From NCBI GenBank assembly GCA_039795775.1, contig JBDKLC010000001.1, positions 1-42,811 of the forward strand: DNA of 42,811 nt. The letters run 5' to 3'. The notes beneath the pieces were generated by a model. The model ran no database searches. It was not told the DNA's origin and saw only the letters and a list, made by a program, of their open reading frames with translations. Positions 36,371-42,811 of this stretch are shown here, in pieces. Within the stretch, counting starts at the first letter, position 1; each line of letters starts with the position of its first letter. This DNA comes from Candidatus Parcubacteria bacterium (GTDB lineage Bacteria > Patescibacteriota > Minisyncoccia > Phycocordibacterales > CAIZLB01). The position numbers were made by a program, and so were the translations under genes.

Positions 36371-37702
36371 ATGACTATAAAGAATAGACAAGAACCATTT
36401 TTACTCTTCCTCGGCGATATTTTTGCCTTTTTTGCTGCGCTATGGCTTACCTTGGTCATTCGATACCTCGAAGTGCCTAGCGAGGCTATGTGGGAAGCGC
36501 ATCTCCTACCTTTCTCTGTAATTATTGGGATTTCTTTTATCGTATTTGTGATTGCCGGATTATATGGAAAACACACAACAAATATCCGTACAAAACTGCC
36601 ATCTACTATCTTTAGTGCCCAAGTCACAAACGCAATTCTCGCACTACTTGTTTTCTACTTCATTCCTTTCTTTGGTATTACCCCAAAGACAAATCTTTTT
36701 ATCTATCTCATTCTTTCGACTGGTCTTATCTTTGCTTGGCGACTTGCAGGTGGAAAGTTTTTTGAAATAGGGAAGAAACAAAAGATTGTTCTCATTGGAA
36801 AGAAAGCTGAAGCCGAAGAAATCGCCGCAGAGGTGCAGGCTAACGAACGGTATGGTCTCGTTGTGAGCAATATTTTTGATATAGACATTGTGTCTGAGGA
36901 CGAAATAAATGCTGTATTTAACTCAGCCCTTCATACAAAGGACTGTATCGTAGTTGCTGATAGTGACAACCCAAAAGTAGCTTCAGCATTGTCAAAGAAT
37001 TATGATCTTATTTTGTCTACTCTTATTTTCTTCGATATTCATTGGCTCTACGAGCAAATGTTTGATCGAGTTCCAGTAAACTCAGTGAATTACCTGTGGC
37101 TTATTGATTACAACAAGTCTTCAATTGCTCTTTACGATATTGTGAAGCGAATTATGGATCTTGTAATTGCGCTCCCATTCTTCCTTATCACTCTTCCATT
37201 TTTTCCACTTGCCGCACTTCTCATCAAACTTGAAGATCGAGGTCAGATTCTTATTACACAAGAACGAGTAGGAAAGCGTGGAAAAAAAGTGTATCTGTAT
37301 AAATTCCGAACCATGAATCGAAGTGATGAGGGAGTGTGGCTCGGTGAAAGTGAGAACAAAGTGACAAAAGTAGGCTATTTCCTCAGAAAGAGTCGAATCG
37401 ACGAATTACCACAGCTTCTCAATGTGATTAAGGGAGATATATCTCTTATCGGTCCACGGCCTGACATTGTGGGCCTAGGAAATAAGCTTGTAGAGGCTAT
37501 TCCATACTATATGACTCGATATATTGTACCGCCAGGCCTTTCAGGCTGGGCTCAAATTCAGCAGAAACCACCTCAGTCTATTGAGGAAAATAAGCTCCGT
37601 TTTTCATATGATTTGTTCTATGTAAAGAATCGATCTATCTTCCTCGACCTCGTTATCGGACTTCGAACAATCAAGACTCTCTTGTCACGAACGGGTATGT
37701 AG
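36371..37702 (+). CDS. Polyprenyl-phosphate phosphoglycosyl transferase (WcaJ/WbaP-like sugar transferase)
   Basis: N-terminal TMs; KRIMD, QERVG, YKFRTM, LRKSRIDELPQL.NV..GD.SLIGPRP, PGLSGWAQI. Confidence 0.93.
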   Translation: MTIKNRQEPFLLFLGDIFAFFAALWLTLVIRYLEVPSEAMWEAHLLPFSVIIGISFIVFVIAGLYGKHTTNIRTKLPSTIFSAQVTNAILALLVFYFIPFFGITPKTNLFIYLILSTGLIFAWRLAGGKFFEIGKKQKIVLIGKKAEAEEIAAEVQANERYGLVVSNIFDIDIVSEDEINAVFNSALHTKDCIVVADSDNPKVASALSKNYDLILSTLIFFDIHWLYEQMFDRVPVNSVNYLWLIDYNKSSIALYDIVKRIMDLVIALPFFLITLPFFPLAALLIKLEDRGQILITQERVGKRGKKVYLYKFRTMNRSDEGVWLGESENKVTKVGYFLRKSRIDELPQLLNVIKGDISLIGPRPDIVGLGNKLVEAIPYYMTRYIVPPGLSGWAQIQQKPPQSIEENKLRFSYDLFYVKNRSIFLDLVIGLRTIKTLLSRTGM

Positions 37703-37755
37703 AGTTGTGATATCATAAGTTACCTTTTATTCAATTTATAACTATTTAGAGACGT

Positions 37756-38859
37756 ATGCGTTTATTTATCACTGGTGGGGCAGGATATGTGGGAGCAATG
37801 TTGGCAGATCAATTCTCTGAGCGATCAGATGTTGAAAAGATTCTTTTGATTGATAAATCAGAAAAGCCAGAACTCCTTAATGGTAAAGATAAAATTGAAT
37901 TCATCACAGCTAATACGGCTGACGATTCTTGGGTAGAGAAAGCAAAAGCCTTTCAACCAGATGTGGTGATCCACACAGCATGGCAGATTCGAGAAATGTT
38001 TGGTAAGCAAGATATTCAATGGAAATGGAACGTAGATGGTTCTGCAAAGATTTTTGATTTTTCTTTTAGTACTCCAAGTGTAAAAAAGCTCATCTATTTT
38101 TCTACAGCTTCTATTTATGGTGCTTTCAAAAACAATACAATCGAGCATGAATTTGCAGAAACAGAGCCTCTCCTTGAAGACGAATACCTCTACGGTGTAG
38201 AAAAGAGAAAAGTTGAAGAAATTCTTAGTGAAAAGGTTGAAAACCTCAAGAAAGAAGGGAAGCAGGTACCTCAGATTTTCATTGTTCGACCTGCGGCTAT
38301 TACTGGTCCACGAGGTAGATACATGATGAAAAACCGATTTGGCCTCCAATCAGCTTTGAGTGGCCGACTTTCAGGTTCACCTATCTATTCAATCATCAAA
38401 TTGCTCGTAGCTATCGTGCCAGCAACAAAACTCTGGTGTCGACAGTTCATTCACGAAGATGATGTAAAGGATATTGTTGAATTGCTTACATTTAATAATC
38501 TCGAAGGGTCATACGAAATTTTCAATATCACTCCTCCAGGTAAAGTGGTGCTCGCACAAGATATGGCTAAAGTGGTAGGGAAGAAAGTTATTGTACTTCC
38601 ACCATGGTTCATTCGAATTGGTTTCTTCTTTGCTCGAACACTTTCTTTTGGAAAAATCCCTACATCAAAAGGAGGTTGGAAATTCTATTCATATCCAATC
38701 GTAATGGATGGAACAAAACTCACAAAGAAGTACGGGTATCAATATAAGCACGAATCTCTTGAGGCCTTCAAAAATATAGTGGGAAGATATGCCAAGTACG
38801 TATCAGAAGAAGATAAGAAAGCTGCTGAAGTATTGGCTACTGGTACAAAGACTTCATAA
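37756..38859 (+). CDS. NAD-dependent epimerase/dehydratase (extended SDR)
   Basis: ITGGAGYVG, STASIYG, YGVEK (YxxxK), FIHEDDV. Confidence 0.9.
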   Translation: MRLFITGGAGYVGAMLADQFSERSDVEKILLIDKSEKPELLNGKDKIEFITANTADDSWVEKAKAFQPDVVIHTAWQIREMFGKQDIQWKWNVDGSAKIFDFSFSTPSVKKLIYFSTASIYGAFKNNTIEHEFAETEPLLEDEYLYGVEKRKVEEILSEKVENLKKEGKQVPQIFIVRPAAITGPRGRYMMKNRFGLQSALSGRLSGSPIYSIIKLLVAIVPATKLWCRQFIHEDDVKDIVELLTFNNLEGSYEIFNITPPGKVVLAQDMAKVVGKKVIVLPPWFIRIGFFFARTLSFGKIPTSKGGWKFYSYPIVMDGTKLTKKYGYQYKHESLEAFKNIVGRYAKYVSEEDKKAAEVLATGTKTS

Positions 38860-38877
38860 AATATCTCAAAATATATC

Positions 38878-38905
38878 GAAAAAGACCCTCATGAGGGTCT
38901 TTTTC
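38878..38905. terminator. Palindromic terminator
   Basis: GAAAAAGACCCTCATGAGGGTCTTTTTC. Confidence 0.8.
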
Positions 38906-38959
38906 CTTGGGTTGATTGAGTGGGGAATATCTGTATAATACAGCTCAATTCAATCAAAT

Positions 38960-40315
38960 ATGACAAAATCTAGAATTGGAGCAATATTTCTTGTGTTGGC
39001 CGGAATCTTGATAGGACTTTTTGTCTACGCATCACAGAAACCAGGTCAGGGTTTTATTTCAAACTTTCCTTTTAAACTCGGTCTCGATCTCAACGGAGGT
39101 AGTCACCTTGTATATCAGGCTGACGTCTCACAGATCACATCTGGCGACATCGACGGAACAATGGATACACTTCGAGCGGTTATCGAAAAACGAATCAACG
39201 CTTTTGGTGTAGCTGAACCTATTGTTCAGACTGAAACAGCTAACGCTGGAGGTCAGCAAGTTCACAAACTTGTAGTAGAGCTTCCGGGTGTTACAAATAT
39301 CAACGATGCTATTGAGCTCATTGGTAAAACACCAGCTCTCGAATTCCGAACAGAAAAAGCGACTTCGACACTTGCTGATGCAACTTCATCAGAAGCTATT
39401 CTCGCGCAGTTCAATCCAACTCAGCTTACTGGCCGATACCTTGAATCAGCCCAGGTACAGTTTGACCAGAATACAAATCAGCCAACAGTGGCGCTTGTGT
39501 TCAATGCAGAAGGTAAAAAACTCTTCGCTGAAATCACAAAAGCAAACGTAGGAAAGGTAGTAGCCATCTTCCTCGATGGTGAGCTTATTTCAGCTCCAGT
39601 AGTACGAGATGAAATCCGAGATGGAAAAGCAGTGATCAGTGGCCGGTTCACTCCAGCTGAAGCTAAGAACCTTGCTCAAGATCTTCGATATGGTGCACTT
39701 CCTGTACCTATTCAGCTTATCGGAACACAGACAATCGGTGCTTCACTTGGTAGTGATGCCCTCAGAGCTAGTATGGTAGCTGGTGCATGGGGCTTCCTCA
39801 TCATCGCTCTCTTCCTTGTTCTTTGGTACCGACTTCCTGGTGTTATCGCTATTGCTTCACTTGTTATGTATACATTGCTCAACATGGCAATCTTTAAACT
39901 TATCCCAGTTGTACTTACATCTGCAGGTCTCGCTGGATTCATTCTTTCTATTGGTATGGCCGTTGACGGTAACATCCTTATCTTCGAACGAATGAAAGAA
40001 GAGCTTAAACGAGGTCTAGGTCTCGAAGATGCAATCCGAGAAGGATTCTCACGAGCTTGGCTTTCTATCCGAGATAGTAACCTCTCAAGTATTATCACAG
40101 CCGTTATCCTTTATACATTCGCTACATCAGCACTTATCCGAGGGTTCGCTCTTGTATTCTTGATCGGTGTACTTGTATCAATGTTTACAGCTATCACTGT
40201 TTCTCGAACATTCCTTCTTGCCCTTGGCATCAAGCGATCAGGAGGTCTTACAAAGTTCTTGTTCAACAATGGCTTGTCAGGAAACAAGGATGATTTAACA
40301 ACTAACTCTAAATAA
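38960..40315 (+). CDS. secD: Protein translocase subunit SecD
   Basis: LGLDLNGG, RINAFGVAEP, L..GALPVP, IGMAVDGNILIFERMKEE, I.DSN. Confidence 0.96.
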   Translation: MTKSRIGAIFLVLAGILIGLFVYASQKPGQGFISNFPFKLGLDLNGGSHLVYQADVSQITSGDIDGTMDTLRAVIEKRINAFGVAEPIVQTETANAGGQQVHKLVVELPGVTNINDAIELIGKTPALEFRTEKATSTLADATSSEAILAQFNPTQLTGRYLESAQVQFDQNTNQPTVALVFNAEGKKLFAEITKANVGKVVAIFLDGELISAPVVRDEIRDGKAVISGRFTPAEAKNLAQDLRYGALPVPIQLIGTQTIGASLGSDALRASMVAGAWGFLIIALFLVLWYRLPGVIAIASLVMYTLLNMAIFKLIPVVLTSAGLAGFILSIGMAVDGNILIFERMKEELKRGLGLEDAIREGFSRAWLSIRDSNLSSIITAVILYTFATSALIRGFALVFLIGVLVSMFTAITVSRTFLLALGIKRSGGLTKFLFNNGLSGNKDDLTTNSK

Positions 40316-40320
40316 TCTTT

Positions 40321-41220
40321 ATGTTTGTCGTTGCACACAGAAAAGTCTTTTATATGATTTCAGTAGTGATGATTGCGCTTTCAGTATTCGCAATGTCATT
40401 CTGGGGTCTCAACTTGGGTATTGATTTCAAAGGAGGTTCTATCCTTGAAGTCGAATATGCAAACGGACGGCCAGCTCAGACAGAGCTTCACGATGCTATC
40501 GCAAAGGTAAATATTGGCGAAGCAGTTATTCGTGCAGCAAATGATAATGGTTATATCATCCGAACTCGAACACTTACAGAATTAGAACGACGTTCAGTTA
40601 TTGCCTCTATCTCATTGCCAGGTATTTCAACTCCTGAAATAAAGCGATTTGACTCGGTAGGTCCAGTTCTTGGAAAAGAACTCCAAGGTAAAGCTATTTG
40701 GTCTATCATCCTCGTTCTCATTGCTATTGTACTCTTCATTACATTCGCATTCCGACATGTATCTCGACCAGTATCTTCTTGGAAATACGGTGTAGTAGCA
40801 ATCATTGCCCTTCTTCACGACGTTATTGTGCCAGCAGGTGCATTCGCATTCCTCGGACGAAATGGGGGATATGAACTCGATGCGTTGTTTATCACAGCGC
40901 TCCTTGTTATCCTTGGTTTCTCAATTCACGACACAATCGTAGTATTCGACAGAACACGAGAAAACCTCCGACTTGGTAGTAACTCAAAGAAAGACTTCGA
41001 ACAGATCGTAGGAGAAAGTGTGAGTCAGACAATTGCTCGATCAATCAACACATCACTCACTACATTGCTCGCGCTTCTTGCTCTCTACATCTTCGGTCCG
41101 GTTGCCACAAAGACATTTGCCCTTGCACTTATCATCGGTATTGCAATCGGTACATATTCTTCAATCTTCATTGGTAGTCCACTCCTTGTGACACTCCAGA
41201 AGTGGCAGAAGAAGTCATAA
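40321..41220 (+). CDS. secF: Protein translocase subunit SecF
   Basis: GIDFKGG, VGP.LG.EL, ALLHDV, GFSIHDTIVVFDR.RE, RSINTS.TT, GTYSSIFI. Confidence 0.96.
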   Translation: MFVVAHRKVFYMISVVMIALSVFAMSFWGLNLGIDFKGGSILEVEYANGRPAQTELHDAIAKVNIGEAVIRAANDNGYIIRTRTLTELERRSVIASISLPGISTPEIKRFDSVGPVLGKELQGKAIWSIILVLIAIVLFITFAFRHVSRPVSSWKYGVVAIIALLHDVIVPAGAFAFLGRNGGYELDALFITALLVILGFSIHDTIVVFDRTRENLRLGSNSKKDFEQIVGESVSQTIARSINTSLTTLLALLALYIFGPVATKTFALALIIGIAIGTYSSIFIGSPLLVTLQKWQKKS

Positions 41221-41228
41221 TAGACAGT

Positions 41229-41846
41229 ATGAATTTGCACCTTATAAAAGAATCACTTGCTTTCGGGTATAAAAAGACATTGGAAAACCTTAGTTTTCTT
41301 GTCCGTGTTTCAGGTGCAGTACTCATATTTACGTTTCTTATAAATTCTCTTCAGAAAATGGCATCAGATAGCTCAGTGCTTACTGGTGCTTTTTTCTTTG
41401 CACTAACATTCGCTGTAGATATTATTATCAAGATAGGGTACACAAAAATATATCTTGCTCTCTATGACGGACACGATGTACATCTGAAAGATGTTTTTTC
41501 TCACCACGGGAAATTCTTTACTTACTGTGTGGCATACGTTGCACTCAGTCTTCTTACCCTTGTAGGCTTTGGACTATTTATCCTTCCTGGATTCTTTGTT
41601 ATTGCAACATTCTTCTTTGTACCGTTTCTTGTTATTGATCAGGATATCAGTGTGATCGATGCGTTCAAAAAGAGTTATGAATTAACAAAAGGAAAGCGAT
41701 GGTATGTCCTCTTGTACCTTCTTCTCGCCTTTATATTAAATGGCCTTGGATTGGCATTATTTGTAATTGGATTACTTATAACAATCCCCATCACGTATTT
41801 TAGCCTTATTTTCCTTTATAGGGGGTTATTGGAGACAAATCAATAA
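41229..41846 (+). CDS. Integral membrane protein (DUF975-like)
   Basis: Multi-TM; LFILPG...FFFVPFLVID...AFKKS.ELTKG; ATG start at 41229. Confidence 0.7.
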   Translation: MNLHLIKESLAFGYKKTLENLSFLVRVSGAVLIFTFLINSLQKMASDSSVLTGAFFFALTFAVDIIIKIGYTKIYLALYDGHDVHLKDVFSHHGKFFTYCVAYVALSLLTLVGFGLFILPGFFVIATFFFVPFLVIDQDISVIDAFKKSYELTKGKRWYVLLYLLLAFILNGLGLALFVIGLLITIPITYFSLIFLYRGLLETNQ

Positions 41847-41886
41847 GAGCAAAAAAGGCCTAGAAATAGGCCTTTTTTGCTCTTAT
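41843..41886. terminator. Terminator insulating the 16S promoter
   Basis: 20-bp perfect inverted repeat ATAAGAGCAAAAAAGGCCTA-gaaa-TAGGCCTTTTTTGCTCTTAT. Confidence 0.9.
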
Positions 41887-41906
41887 GGCCCCTTCTGATA
41901 TCTTGC

Positions 41907-41940
41907 TTGACAAGGTTGCTTCTATGGCTATAATAACCAC
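41907..41940 (+). promoter_or_regulatory. Promoter of the 16S rRNA gene
   Basis: TTGACA-16 nt-TATAAT-AACCAC. Confidence 0.88.
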
Positions 41941-42116
41941 ACGCCTTAACGAAGGCGTTTTCCTTACATTATTACCTCGGTAGAAATGAAGGAGGAAACA
42001 ACCCGATTTTTGACAAATACATATTGATTTAGAATGTAAGAAACACAGCTTGTGTTAGTTTAAGTCTAGTGATGATCTAAAAAATCTCGAACCCTTCCTT
42101 TTGTTCTGTCTGGGTT

Positions 42117-42811
<695 letters not shown>

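Overview
Core-genome segment of a Patescibacteria (CPR, Parcubacteria-like) bacterium. The assignment rests on 16S/23S signature substitutions, shortened rRNA helices, unlinked rRNA genes with group I introns, and the gene content. Housekeeping genes are ileS, recO, glyS (alpha2 type), an M16 peptidase, an AI-2E transporter, metG, tatD, rpsF-ssb-rpsR, efp, recA, ftsK, rplJ-rplL with an L10 leader, rodA and secD-secF. There is also a small glycosylation cluster, an S-layer-like protein gene and a secreted beta-helix/lipase fusion. The 23S-5S unit lies about 9 kb upstream of a separately transcribed 16S gene (truncated by the window end), and the two have near-identical promoters. Most notable observations: (1) a 229-nt L1931 insertion that looks like a catalytically degenerate group I intron, in the same 23S as a canonical ORF-less L2593 intron; (2) a mutually exclusive terminator/antiterminator in the 23S leader; (3) a histidine-phosphatase domain inserted in IleRS; (4) a roughly 500-nt structured leader on the S-layer-like gene; (5) a branched helix-25 expansion; (6) extreme CGA-Arg codon bias; (7) recurrent leaderless promoter geometry; (8) a tRNA-Gln 3' scar next to an unannotated small membrane ORF. 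All structures were read by eye; no searches or folding programs were run.
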